A stretch of 64,000 nt of DNA from the IMG/VR virus record IMGVR_UViG_3300032240_001151, positions 26,113 to 90,112 of that record; one strand, 5' to 3'. Made by a program: the position numbers and the translations under genes. Under the pieces are notes generated by a model. That model was not told the DNA's origin. It ran no database searches and was given only the letters and a program-made list of their open reading frames with translations. Shown piece after piece: positions 39,764-49,356 of the stretch; positions within the stretch are counted from its first letter, which is position 1, and each line of letters opens with the position of its first letter. The stretch is from a virus.

Positions 39764-40372
39764 ATGCAAGTACTTACAGAATATCACCAAATACAATTAC
39801 CAAATCAGCTCCTAGAAGCATATGAGCCAGGTAAGCCTATGATGATCACAGGAGTGATTATACAACGTTCTAATGCTAAAAACAGGAATGGTAGGATATA
39901 TCCTGAAGATGTATTGAGAAGAGAGATAGATAAGTACAATGATACTATGGTTAAGTCTAATAGAGCTTTAGGAGAACTAGACCACAGTGATTCTAACGTA
40001 GTGAACTTAAAAAATGTATCACACAATATTAAAAAAATATACTGGAAAGGAGATGATGTAGTAGGAGATATTGAAATATTAGACGGAGATGAGTTCCCAG
40101 CAGGCCGTATAGCCGCAGGATTACTTCGTAGAGGTATACCAGTAGGAATTAGTTCTAGAGGTATGGGTAGTGTTAAAGAATCTCATGATGGTACTGTAAC
40201 TGTTAATGATGATTTTAACCTTCTTACTTTTGATTTAGTATCTTTTGAGTCTACTCAAGGAGCTAATCTGACTCTTAAAGAAGGGTATGAAAGTACTAAA
40301 GCATCTTATGATAGTATAGACCGTATAGTTAGAGATTTAATTTGCAATAATACTGGCGTCTGCCACTGCTAA
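39764..40372 (+). CDS. Prohead core protease (T4 gp21-like)
   Basis: KNRNGRIYP, ALGELDH, NVSHNI, VGISSRGMGSV, LTFDLVS. Confidence 0.95.
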   Translation: MQVLTEYHQIQLPNQLLEAYEPGKPMMITGVIIQRSNAKNRNGRIYPEDVLRREIDKYNDTMVKSNRALGELDHSDSNVVNLKNVSHNIKKIYWKGDDVVGDIEILDGDEFPAGRIAAGLLRRGIPVGISSRGMGSVKESHDGTVTVNDDFNLLTFDLVSFESTQGANLTLKEGYESTKASYDSIDRIVRDLICNNTGVCHC

Positions 40373-40380
40373 TTAAAAAT

Positions 40381-40388
40381 TATTTATA
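40381..40388 (+). promoter_or_regulatory. Putative late promoter TATTTATA (variant TATTTATT at 40416-40423)
   Basis: Intergenic, upstream of scaffold/capsid genes. Confidence 0.5.
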
Positions 40389-40525
40389 AAAATCTTGGTT
40401 TTTAAAATTTCTGTATATTTATTATAGAAATATTCGCCTAATACTCTTTTTTTATAAGGAGTTGAAATATAAAAATTCTATTACCCCTCTAATAGGCGTA
40501 AATCCAAAAACAAATTTTAAGGAAA

Positions 40526-41644
40526 ATGAACACAAATTTGCTCAAAGAAGCAATCGCTGAAGCGGATGCTATCAAAAAAATGGCTATTGAAAATGCCAAG
40601 GCTAGTTTAAACGAAGCTTTTGATTCTAAAATCAAATCTATGCTTGCTGCACGTCTTGAAGAAGAAGCTGATGACCTCGAAGAAGAATACGAAGAGGAAG
40701 ATGAAGCTGCTATGCCTAAGAAAAAGAAACATGCTGAACCAGATGCTGATAATAAAGGCGGAAAGTCAGACCATGATGCAGATAACAAAGAAGAAGATGA
40801 TGAAGAAGATGATGAAGAAGAAGATGAAGCTTACAAACCTAAAGAAGATGAAACTGATGAGGGATTCAATCTTGATGAGATCATAGCTGAGCTTGAAAAA
40901 GGTGAGGAAGATCAAGACGAAGCTGCTTACGAAGAAGAAGATGAAGCTGCAGTTTACGAAGGTGATGATGAAGATGGCGATGACGAAAAGAAATCAATGC
41001 CTGTAGAAGACGAAGAAGATGGTGATTCTGAAGATGAAGGTGCAATGGATGAAGAAATCGACATTGCTGCTTTATTAGCTGAGCTTGGTCATGAAGATCA
41101 AAAAGATCAAGACGAAGCTGCTTACGAAGAAGAAGATGAAGCTTACAAAGATGAAGAAGATGAAGCAAAATCTCTCGAAGAAGAAATGATGAGTCTTCTT
41201 GAAAAAATGAAACAAGCTAAAGCTGATAAAAAAACTAAAGAAGAAGAAAAAGAAAAGAAGCCTGAGTCAAAAGAGTTAAAAGAAATCAAGCGTCAAGCTG
41301 CTGAATTAGCTCAAAAAGTTAACGAAACTAATTTGATCAATGCTAAACTTTTATATCTTAATAAAATTCTTCGCAAGTATAACTTGTCAGAACAACAAAA
41401 GATTAAGGTTATCAGTGCTTTTGACAAAGCTGCAACTGTTAATGAGTCTAAGATCGTTCACGAATCATTAGATCAAGCATTCAGCGTTAAAAACGATAAC
41501 GTTAAATCCGGTCTTAAAGAATCTATTGGCTTTGCTTCTAGCGCAGCTGGTAATTCAACAAAGCGTGTTATAAATGAAGGCGTAATTGCTGATGTTGACA
41601 AACAAGTGTCAAGATGGCAAAAACTCGCTGGTATAATCAAGTAA
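40526..41644 (+). CDS. Prohead scaffold protein (T4 gp22-like position)
   Basis: Highly acidic coiled coil between protease and capsid; LLKEAIAEA start, NAKLLY, RWQKLAGI end. Confidence 0.85.
   Translation: MNTNLLKEAIAEADAIKKMAIENAKASLNEAFDSKIKSMLAARLEEEADDLEEEYEEEDEAAMPKKKKHAEPDADNKGGKSDHDADNKEEDDEEDDEEEDEAYKPKEDETDEGFNLDEIIAELEKGEEDQDEAAYEEEDEAAVYEGDDEDGDDEKKSMPVEDEEDGDSEDEGAMDEEIDIAALLAELGHEDQKDQDEAAYEEEDEAYKDEEDEAKSLEEEMMSLLEKMKQAKADKKTKEEEKEKKPESKELKEIKRQAAELAQKVNETNLINAKLLYLNKILRKYNLSEQQKIKVISAFDKAATVNESKIVHESLDQAFSVKNDNVKSGLKESIGFASSAAGNSTKRVINEGVIADVDKQVSRWQKLAGIIK
40908..41143 (+). repeat. 41-bp exact direct repeat in scaffold gene (40908-40948 and 41103-41143)
   Basis: aagatcaagacgaagctgcttacgaagaagaagatgaagct twice, encoding DQDEAAYEEEDEA. 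Confidence 0.85.
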
Positions 41645-41671
41645 TTTAAAAACAAAAATAAAAATTAAAAA

Positions 41672-43324
41672 ATGAACGTACAATCTCTCTTAGAAAGTTC
41701 TAATCCTTATGTTTCCCAAATGTCGGAAGCACAAAGGTTAGTAAAGAAGTGGGGTGAAACTGGCCTTTTGGAAGGTAATGACCTTGCAAAGCAACCATAC
41801 GGTAAAGAGCGTATGGCTATCATCCTTGAAAACCAAGCTAAACAGCTTATGGTTGAACAATCTCAAACTGGTACTGGTGGTTCTTTTACCGTAGGATCTG
41901 GTGAACAATGGGCTGGTGTAGCTCTTCCGCTCGTGCGTAAGATCTTCGCTGACATTTCTGCTAAAGAATTTGTTAGTGTACAACCTATGACACTCCCTGC
42001 TGGTCTTGTATTCTTCCTTGAATTCAAGTATGGTACTAGCGTACCTGGCACTGTAGGAAACAATCGTTTTACTTCTGGTGACAGCATGTATGGTACAACT
42101 AACGTGAAAGATGTAGATCCTTCAGGTGGTTTGTATGGTGCAGGTCGTTTTGGTTATTCAATCAACGATGCTTCTGCTTCTGTAAACTTCCTTATCTGGA
42201 CTGGTTCTGCTGGTGATGTAAACTATAACTCTCAATATAGTGCTTCTGCTGCTGCTAATGGCTTACGTAGAATCGTAATTACATCTGCTAGTGGTTCATT
42301 GGCAGGTTTGGATATTAACGGAGTTAGAGCTTTCACTATCACTGGTAGTGCAAACATTGGTGCAGTGTTGAGCGAATCAACAATTCTTTCTGAATTTACT
42401 AGCTATTTTGTAAGTGGTGGTGTTGATAACCTCCAGTTTATCGTATCTGGTTCTGGCGGTGCTATGAACTATGGTACTGGTTCTGGTCGTGTATTCTATC
42501 AAAAGCAACCTAACGACAATAGCCGTGGTGACTTCGAAGATACTGCAACAACTCCGTTGACTGGTTCTAATGCAATCCCTGAAATCAACGTAGAAATGCG
42601 TTCTGAGGCAGTTGTTGCTAAAACTAGAAAACTAAAAGCTAAGTGGACTCCGGAATTTAGTCAAGACCTTAACGCATATCAATCTTTGGATGCTGAGGCT
42701 GAATTGACTTCAACTCTTTCTGAGTACATTTCTCTTGAAATTGATCTTGAGATCATCGATATGTTGATCGAAAACGCAAACACTACAGAATACTGGTCTG
42801 CTGCGAACAATACGTTCTACAATAAAGCAACTGGTGTTTGGAGTGCTCCTGCAACAGGATTCTACAATACACAAGGTGGCTGGTTTGCTACATTGGGCAC
42901 TAAGATCCAAAGCGTAGCTCGTACTATCCACAAGAAGACTCTTCGTGGTCAAGCTAACGTTCTTATGTGCGGACCTTCTATCGCTACAATCATCGAATCT
43001 ATCCCTGGCTATGCCGCTGATACCGATGGTAGCAAAGAAGAATTTGCAATGGGTTCACACAAAGCTGGTCAGTTGAATAGCCGTTACAAAGTGTATGTTA
43101 ACCCATACATGAACGAAAACACTATTCTCTTGGCTTATAAGGGTAGCCAGTTCCTTGAAACAGGTGCTGTATTTGCTCCTTATATTCCATTGATCATGAC
43201 TCCTTTGTTGTATGATCCAGAGACTTTCACACCAAGAAAAGGTCTCATGACTAGGTATGCTAAGAAAATGCTAAGGGCTGAATTCTTCGGAAAGATAGCT
43301 TGTGCTGATTTGAACACTATCTAA
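41672..43324 (+). CDS. Major capsid protein (T4 gp23-like)
   Basis: KWGETGLLEG, ILENQ, LPLVRK, VSVQPMTLPAGLVFFL, AKTRKLKAKWTPEFSQDL, EIDLEII, APYIPL, PRKGLMTRY. Confidence 0.95.
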   Translation: MNVQSLLESSNPYVSQMSEAQRLVKKWGETGLLEGNDLAKQPYGKERMAIILENQAKQLMVEQSQTGTGGSFTVGSGEQWAGVALPLVRKIFADISAKEFVSVQPMTLPAGLVFFLEFKYGTSVPGTVGNNRFTSGDSMYGTTNVKDVDPSGGLYGAGRFGYSINDASASVNFLIWTGSAGDVNYNSQYSASAAANGLRRIVITSASGSLAGLDINGVRAFTITGSANIGAVLSESTILSEFTSYFVSGGVDNLQFIVSGSGGAMNYGTGSGRVFYQKQPNDNSRGDFEDTATTPLTGSNAIPEINVEMRSEAVVAKTRKLKAKWTPEFSQDLNAYQSLDAEAELTSTLSEYISLEIDLEIIDMLIENANTTEYWSAANNTFYNKATGVWSAPATGFYNTQGGWFATLGTKIQSVARTIHKKTLRGQANVLMCGPSIATIIESIPGYAADTDGSKEEFAMGSHKAGQLNSRYKVYVNPYMNENTILLAYKGSQFLETGAVFAPYIPLIMTPLLYDPETFTPRKGLMTRYAKKMLRAEFFGKIACADLNTI

Positions 43325-43348
43325 TCAAATGAGTAAATAAAATTAAAG

Positions 43349-43373
43349 AAGCCGGGTTCATCCCGGCTTTTTT
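43349..43373 (+). terminator. Rho-independent terminator after capsid gene
   Basis: AAGCCGGG-ttcat-CCCGGCTT followed by T run. Confidence 0.9.
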
Positions 43374-43385
43374 ATTATTATAATC

Positions 43386-43393
43386 TATTTATA
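43386..43393 (+). promoter_or_regulatory. Putative late promoter TATTTATA
   Basis: Just after the terminator, before phoH. Confidence 0.6.
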
Positions 43394-43405
43394 TAAAACT
43401 AGTTT

Positions 43406-44095
43406 ATGCCATCAAACCATCACAAAGATCCGGTGTTTCAACAAAAGAGAGTCCCTAAGAATCCTATTAAATTTCAGTTATCTTTAAATGATGAACAGAA
43501 AGTTGCAAAAGAAAAAATAATAAATAGTGATATTGCCGTTGTTAGAGGTAAAGCAGGTAGCGGTAAGTCTTTATTAGCAGCACAGATAGCATTAGATATG
43601 CTATATAAAAAAGAAGTAGAGAAGATTATAATAGCCAGACCTGCTATAACAGCTGGTGAACAAATTGGTTTTTTACCAGGAAATAAAGATGAGAAGATGG
43701 CACCCTTTACTGCACCTGTATATGATAACATGTATAGGCTAACAGGTAAAGAAAAGATAGAAAAATTAGTAATGGAGGGTGAAATTGAAATCATTCCTGT
43801 AGGTTTTTTAAGAGGGTTTAACTTTACTAATTGTATAGTTATAATTGATGAGGCACAAAACTGTTCTGAGAATCAATTAGAGCTGATTATGGGGCGTTTA
43901 TGTATAGGATCTAAGATTATTATATGCGGAGATAGCGCACAGATAGATCTTAAAAGCAAAAAAGATTCTGGGTTTGATTTTATATGTAAACATATGAAAG
44001 ATATACCGGGATTTAGTATAATAACCCTACAAACTAATCATAGGCATCCTATAGTAGAACCTATGCTGGCTATATTTGAACAATACAGGAGTTAG
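43406..44095 (+). CDS. phoH: PhoH-family ATPase
   Basis: GKAGSGKS, IIIARP, IGFLPG, FLRG, IIDEAQN, ICGDSAQIDL, HRHPIV. Confidence 0.9.
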   Translation: MPSNHHKDPVFQQKRVPKNPIKFQLSLNDEQKVAKEKIINSDIAVVRGKAGSGKSLLAAQIALDMLYKKEVEKIIIARPAITAGEQIGFLPGNKDEKMAPFTAPVYDNMYRLTGKEKIEKLVMEGEIEIIPVGFLRGFNFTNCIVIIDEAQNCSENQLELIMGRLCIGSKIIICGDSAQIDLKSKKDSGFDFICKHMKDIPGFSIITLQTNHRHPIVEPMLAIFEQYRS

Positions 44096-44098
44096 CGA

Positions 44099-44112
44099 TA
44101 TTTATATTTATA
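44099..44112 (+). promoter_or_regulatory. Tandem overlapping TATTTATA motifs
   Basis: 44099-44106 and 44105-44112, before 44124. Confidence 0.55.
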
Positions 44113-44123
44113 AAGAATTATAA

Positions 44124-45341
44124 ATGGCAGGCCAAGTAGAAATACAATATTATGATGCGTCTCAAACTTTATTGCCTGTGTCAGGTAATACTCCATTTGG
44201 ATACTACGATACAGATGCACAATTTCAAATAGACGGTCAAAAATTCGTAAAATTTGCAGCTAGGAGACTAGGATATCCTATCATGGAGATAGAATTGCAG
44301 GATATTAACTTCTATTCTGCTTTGGAAGATGCTGTATCAGCTTACGGTAAAGAATTGTATGAGTATAAGATAAGAGAGAACTATCTATCTATGGAGGGAA
44401 GTCCTACTGGTAGTAATCTTAATAATGCTTTAATTCAACCAAACTTTACAAATGTAATGAGAATAGCTGCCGATTATGGCAGTGAAGTAGGCAGCGGTGG
44501 CAACATACCTTATTATACAGGATCTATTGATCTTAAAGCAGGGTATCAATATTATGACCTTAATGCATGGGCTAGCGCATCCGGTATAGTACAATCAGGT
44601 GATCAAATAGATATAAAAAGGATTTTTTATGAGGCACCACCAGCAATTACAAGATACTTTGATCCGTATGCTGGTACTGGTACAGGATTGCAATCATTAA
44701 TGGAAACTTTTGGATTTGGTCAAATGTCTCCTGGTATCAACTTTATGTTAATGCCTGTCTATTTTGATGTACTAAAAATACAAGCAATTGAATTTAATGA
44801 TCAAATTAGAAAATCTGCTTATACATTTGAAATACATAACAACCAGTTAAGGATATTTCCTGTACCAACTTTTGACAGGAAATTGTTTTTTACATATGTT
44901 AAGAAGTCTGAAATGGGCTCTTTAATTAGAGGTGGTGTTGTTGTATCCGGATCCTCTAGTGTTACAACTGTGGGAACTGGTCCTGGAAGCACTAATGTAA
45001 TAACAAACATCAGTAATGTGCCATTTCACACTATTGTATATAGCCAAATAAATGATATATTCAAGAAATGGATATTTGATTACGCTCTTGCAATAACTAA
45101 AGAAACTTTAGGCAACATCAGGGGTGTGTATAGTCAAATACCTGTTCCTGGAGCTGAGGTTACAATAAATGGGCAAACTCTTATAGATCAAGCAAACACT
45201 GAAAAAACTGCTTTAATTGATCAATTAAGAGGGACTTTAGATGACACATCACGTCAAAAACAAATGGAGAAAAAATCTCAAGAAGCTGCTATGATGAGAG
45301 ATACTTTTATTAATTTTCCAATGCCAATTTACATAGCATAA
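44124..45341 (+). CDS. Neck/head-completion protein (T4 gp13-like)
   Basis: RRLGYPIMEIEL, WIFDYALAITKETLGNIRG, PGAEVTINGQTL. Confidence 0.8.
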   Translation: MAGQVEIQYYDASQTLLPVSGNTPFGYYDTDAQFQIDGQKFVKFAARRLGYPIMEIELQDINFYSALEDAVSAYGKELYEYKIRENYLSMEGSPTGSNLNNALIQPNFTNVMRIAADYGSEVGSGGNIPYYTGSIDLKAGYQYYDLNAWASASGIVQSGDQIDIKRIFYEAPPAITRYFDPYAGTGTGLQSLMETFGFGQMSPGINFMLMPVYFDVLKIQAIEFNDQIRKSAYTFEIHNNQLRIFPVPTFDRKLFFTYVKKSEMGSLIRGGVVVSGSSSVTTVGTGPGSTNVITNISNVPFHTIVYSQINDIFKKWIFDYALAITKETLGNIRGVYSQIPVPGAEVTINGQTLIDQANTEKTALIDQLRGTLDDTSRQKQMEKKSQEAAMMRDTFINFPMPIYIA

Positions 45342-45730
45342 TGGTAAAACTAGTAGACATATTAATTGAAGATAGGTTTGAAAGAAAAGAGTCTATAAAG
45401 AAAACCTACCACACATACTCGTGCGTATTCTTAGTAAAGTTTAAAAAAAAATTTAATAGAGTACAAGCGGTAGAAAGAGTTAGAGGGATTAAAACTGTAA
45501 CTATAGTAGATCTTAGAGGTGATGAAAGATTAGATAAAATTAACAGAACTCTTACAGACTATGAATATAGTACAATAGAAATAAAGTTTATAACTAATAA
45601 AGACCCAAAGACGAATCTTGAATCTATCAAAAAAGCTATGGTAGGTTCTGATAAAAAACAAGATATCGATAACATAGTTGGTATAGTTGCAGCCAAACCC
45701 AAGTTAGATACTTTAATACAAATAGACTAA
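45341..45730 (+). CDS. Hypothetical protein
   Basis: 129 aa; MVKLVDILIE leader; VRGIKTVTIV. Confidence 0.55.
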   Translation: MVKLVDILIEDRFERKESIKKTYHTYSCVFLVKFKKKFNRVQAVERVRGIKTVTIVDLRGDERLDKINRTLTDYEYSTIEIKFITNKDPKTNLESIKKAMVGSDKKQDIDNIVGIVAAKPKLDTLIQID

Positions 45731-46218
45731 TGGCATTATACGGCGGTATACGAGCAAGATCTTTTTTTAGACATCACAGCAGACAAATTGTAAATAGGAT
45801 TGTTGCTGAAGAAGTGCTATATTACAAGCTGTCTTTATCAGAGACAAAGTATAATATTTATGGAGAGTCTAAAAATAAAATGTATAAACAACCAATATTA
45901 ATAGCGTGTTTATATTTAGCTGACCAACAAGTATCGGAAGACGAAACATATGGTAAATCAAGAACACAAACAGCAGAATTTAGATTTTTAAGAGACGATC
46001 TTATAGATTTAAATCTTGTTACTGAAGCTGGAGATATAATTTGTTGGCAAGAATCTTACTATGAAGTAGATCTTGTAATAGAAAATCAACGTGTAATGGG
46101 AAAAAACCCAGAATACTCACTAGAGTCGGATTTAGAAAAGTATGGTGAGTCTTGGTCAATGATATGTAAAACTCATCTTACTGGTGTAAATAAATTAAAT
46201 CTTATAAAAACTACATAA
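45730..46218 (+). CDS. Neck protein (T4 gp14-like)
   Basis: VLYYKL...YNIYGES, EAGDII.W.ESYYEV; lies between gp13-like and gp15-like genes. Confidence 0.65.
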   Translation: MALYGGIRARSFFRHHSRQIVNRIVAEEVLYYKLSLSETKYNIYGESKNKMYKQPILIACLYLADQQVSEDETYGKSRTQTAEFRFLRDDLIDLNLVTEAGDIICWQESYYEVDLVIENQRVMGKNPEYSLESDLEKYGESWSMICKTHLTGVNKLNLIKTT

Positions 46219-46220
46219 AA

Positions 46221-47477
46221 GTGCCTCTACAAAAACGCGTCATAAAAAATAGACCAAAAACTGAGGCTGAGATACTTAATTCTCAGATAGAACCTTATAT
46301 AGAAACAAGCGGTAAGCCATCTATACAAGATTATAAAAGAGGTGATGATAATTCTTTACGTGGTGAAGAAATAAAAAATATTTCTGTAGGTCTTGAAGAC
46401 ATAGATAAGGCTATACTATACTATTTTGATGAAGTAATAAAGCCCTATGTAATAACAGAGGGGTCTAAGAAAAACATACCTGTAATATTTGCAGATGCTG
46501 AAAGATGGAAAACAGCGCAAAGCGACGGAGTTTACAGAGATAAAGAAGGTAAAATAATGTTACCTATAATAACTGTTAAAAGAGACAATTTAGAACGTAA
46601 TAGGTCTCTTACAACGAAGCTAGATGGTAATAAAGTGAACATTTATCAGAATTACGAGAAGAGATATACTAAGAAAAATCAATACGACAACTTTTCAGTA
46701 CTTACTAACAGGGCCCCTGTAAGGGAGTTTTACAATGTGGTGGTCCCTGACTACTATACTTTGACTTATACGTGTAATATATATGTATCTTTTTATGAAG
46801 ATTTAAATAAAATTATCGAAGCCATAGGTTTTAGATCAGACGCATATTGGGGAGAACCTGGAAAATTTTTATTTAAAGCAAGAATTGATAACTTTCCTAT
46901 TACAAACGAGATAACTGAAGGGGCTGATAGACGCTTTTTAAGCACCTTTACACTTGTTATGAATGGATACCTCACACCAAATAATATAGATCGATTTTTA
47001 GCCGCTAATGCGTTTAAATACCGTTCTAAAACCCAAGTATTATTCACTCTAGAAGCATCAGGACAAAATGTAGAAGATGTAAGATTTGCTACAGGAAATT
47101 CACCATCTGTTGCTAAAACATCATACATACCAGAAGGAGTAAATGTGAAAAATGTAACTCAAATAAATGTACTAGATACTGAAACTATAGCATATCTTAA
47201 TGCATCTAAGACATATAAAGCAAATCCAGCATCAACAACTACAAATACTGCTAGATTCCTGAACACAGCAATATTACAACCGCCAGTATCATCACAATTA
47301 CCGGCTACTTCTGTTAATGACTTTAAGTTTTTTGTTAATGGAGTTTTTGTAGATGCTACTCATATAATATCTTTTGATCAGATAGGTTCTAATACCGCAT
47401 TGACAGTAAATACAGCAACACTAGGGTATACATTTGACACTGTAGATGAAATAATTGCAGTAGGTAAATTTCAATAA
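46221..47477 (+). CDS. Tail terminator/sheath stabiliser (T4 gp15-like) with C-terminal extension
   Basis: IPVIFADAERW, MLPIITV, VPDYYTLTY, LNKIIE, FTLVMNGYL. Confidence 0.7.
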   Translation: MPLQKRVIKNRPKTEAEILNSQIEPYIETSGKPSIQDYKRGDDNSLRGEEIKNISVGLEDIDKAILYYFDEVIKPYVITEGSKKNIPVIFADAERWKTAQSDGVYRDKEGKIMLPIITVKRDNLERNRSLTTKLDGNKVNIYQNYEKRYTKKNQYDNFSVLTNRAPVREFYNVVVPDYYTLTYTCNIYVSFYEDLNKIIEAIGFRSDAYWGEPGKFLFKARIDNFPITNEITEGADRRFLSTFTLVMNGYLTPNNIDRFLAANAFKYRSKTQVLFTLEASGQNVEDVRFATGNSPSVAKTSYIPEGVNVKNVTQINVLDTETIAYLNASKTYKANPASTTTNTARFLNTAILQPPVSSQLPATSVNDFKFFVNGVFVDATHIISFDQIGSNTALTVNTATLGYTFDTVDEIIAVGKFQ

Positions 47478-47479
47478 TT

Positions 47480-47713
47480 ATGGCGTTAATAAGATCAAAG
47501 CAGCTTAACAAGAATATGACCGGAGATTTCACTTTTTCTGGAATGACAACTTTTATACAAACATCTTCAGCACATCCAGCAATTATAATAAGTGGGTCAG
47601 AAAAAATATCAGCTACTTCTGTATATAGTGGATCTATAACTATACAAAATTTAGGAACTTTTGCTGACACTGGAAGCAATGCCGTAATTGATCTTGGAGA
47701 TAACTCTTTTTAG
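47480..47713 (+). CDS. Small structural protein
   Basis: 77 aa, MALIRSKQL start, SGS-rich, ends IDLG. Confidence 0.55.
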   Translation: MALIRSKQLNKNMTGDFTFSGMTTFIQTSSAHPAIIISGSEKISATSVYSGSITIQNLGTFADTGSNAVIDLGDNSF

Positions 47714-47723
47714 GTATAATTGA

Positions 47724-47731
47724 TATTTATA
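47724..47731 (+). promoter_or_regulatory. Putative late promoter TATTTATA
   Basis: Intergenic, before 47767. Confidence 0.55.
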
Positions 47732-47766
47732 TTTAAGAGAGATTACAACAAAACTAAAAAGCATAA

Positions 47767-49329
47767 ATGGCTACCTGGCTCCAGATAAATCCTCAGGATG
47801 GAAACGCTACGTATAATAATGTTACAGTATATAATACTATAATAGCTAACTCTATTAGTGGGTCTTTTACCGGATCTTATAGTGAAACTGACCCTATATT
47901 TGTATCTCAATCTGCTTCTTTAGCTACTACAGGGTCTAATATTTTTATTGGAAATCAATATATTACGGGATCAATATTAGTATCAGGATCAGCATATTTT
48001 CCTGGATTGACTAATTCGTCTCAATCAGGCATAGTAGTAATAGACCCAACTACAGGACAATTATACTATACTACAGGGTCCATATCAGGAACTAGTGGCA
48101 CCTCAGGAATAACTCCTTTGTACAATGGAACTTCTAGCAATTGTATAACTTTACCTTTAACATTATGCAATAATTCTGTTCCAATTTGTAACAATAAAGT
48201 TTTAGTATTCCAAGTATGTAATTCAAATTCAGAAAAAGACGATAATTTTGATGTATACCTAAATGGGGCATATATAGGGGCTTTAGATCTAAATTATAAT
48301 AGCCAAGTTGGTTCTGTTTTTATAGCAAATCTTGATCCGTTATTAGCAATAACAGAGCCTAATTTTGTATGTCCTATGGAGTTGATTCAAGTGTATAGGT
48401 TTAACCCTTTAATACTTAATAGCATCAATACAATTGAATTGAGAAATACTCAAAGTAATAATAATGGTAATTATGGAATAATAGGAGTTAGTAATTATGA
48501 AATATCCGGAAGTAGTTTAGTTAATCCATGCCAAATAGCTAACATAGAGTATTCAGGTAATACTGGACAGAGTTTTTTCTTAAATTTTGAATATCAAGAT
48601 TGTTGTGCAACACTACCTTCTACAATTGAAATTGATTTAGACACAAATATTAATGGGGCAGTTGTAACAATGTATCCATACTCAATAGATACTCAAAACT
48701 ATATTGTAGATTGGGGAGACGGTAGTCCTGTAGATGAAAGTACAACTGAATATTTTGTACATACTTATGAAAGTACAGGAAGTTATACAATAACTGTAAG
48801 TTTTGAAAATAAATTAATTTTATATGACATTGATTTATACAGCAATAATGGTGAAACATCTATATATGATATAAGAAATTTACGAGATTTTCAAGCTTTA
48901 AGAACTTTAACGCTTGATAATGTTGCTTTTAACATTGAGACTGTTCAAATGCCTATAAATTTAAGTTTGTTATATTTATACTTTTCTCAAATAGCAAATG
49001 TTGATTTAAGATCAATACCATCTTTAGTACAGGAAATTATTGAAGACAGTGAAATAGTCACATCTATTAATTCATCTGGCATTACAAATCTTGAGTTTAT
49101 TAGTATTATGGATTATTCTTTAACCCTACCTAATTTGACGTATGTAAATATTAATAACTGTGCAGTAGTTCAATCATCTATAGACAATTTATTAGTAAAT
49201 TTAGACTCTAATGGTCTTTCAAATGGTTATGTAACCGCCCTATCAGGATCTAATCAACCACCTTCTTCAACAGGATTGACTGCTAAAGCTAATTTAATAA
49301 GTAAAGGATGGACTGTGTTAACTAACTAA
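47767..49329 (+). CDS. Fibre-like N-terminus fused to PKD-like and LRR-like domains
   Basis: SGSFTGS/TTGSNIFIGNQ.ITGS fibre motifs; VDWGDGS...HTYESTGSYTITV PKD; Leu-periodic segment; ends LISKGWTV. Confidence 0.6.
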   Translation: MATWLQINPQDGNATYNNVTVYNTIIANSISGSFTGSYSETDPIFVSQSASLATTGSNIFIGNQYITGSILVSGSAYFPGLTNSSQSGIVVIDPTTGQLYYTTGSISGTSGTSGITPLYNGTSSNCITLPLTLCNNSVPICNNKVLVFQVCNSNSEKDDNFDVYLNGAYIGALDLNYNSQVGSVFIANLDPLLAITEPNFVCPMELIQVYRFNPLILNSINTIELRNTQSNNNGNYGIIGVSNYEISGSSLVNPCQIANIEYSGNTGQSFFLNFEYQDCCATLPSTIEIDLDTNINGAVVTMYPYSIDTQNYIVDWGDGSPVDESTTEYFVHTYESTGSYTITVSFENKLILYDIDLYSNNGETSIYDIRNLRDFQALRTLTLDNVAFNIETVQMPINLSLLYLYFSQIANVDLRSIPSLVQEIIEDSEIVTSINSSGITNLEFISIMDYSLTLPNLTYVNINNCAVVQSSIDNLLVNLDSNGLSNGYVTALSGSNQPPSSTGLTAKANLISKGWTVLTN

Positions 49330-49356
49330 TTTAAAAATATAGTATAATAAAATATA

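Noticed and set aside
31599-43324. Inteins or introns in terminase, portal or capsid
   Set aside because: Lengths are ordinary, motifs are collinear, and no intein splice motifs were seen
6793-48859. Short minus-strand and out-of-frame ORFs in the track
   Set aside because: All overlap longer + strand genes with recognisable motifs; none has independent motifs
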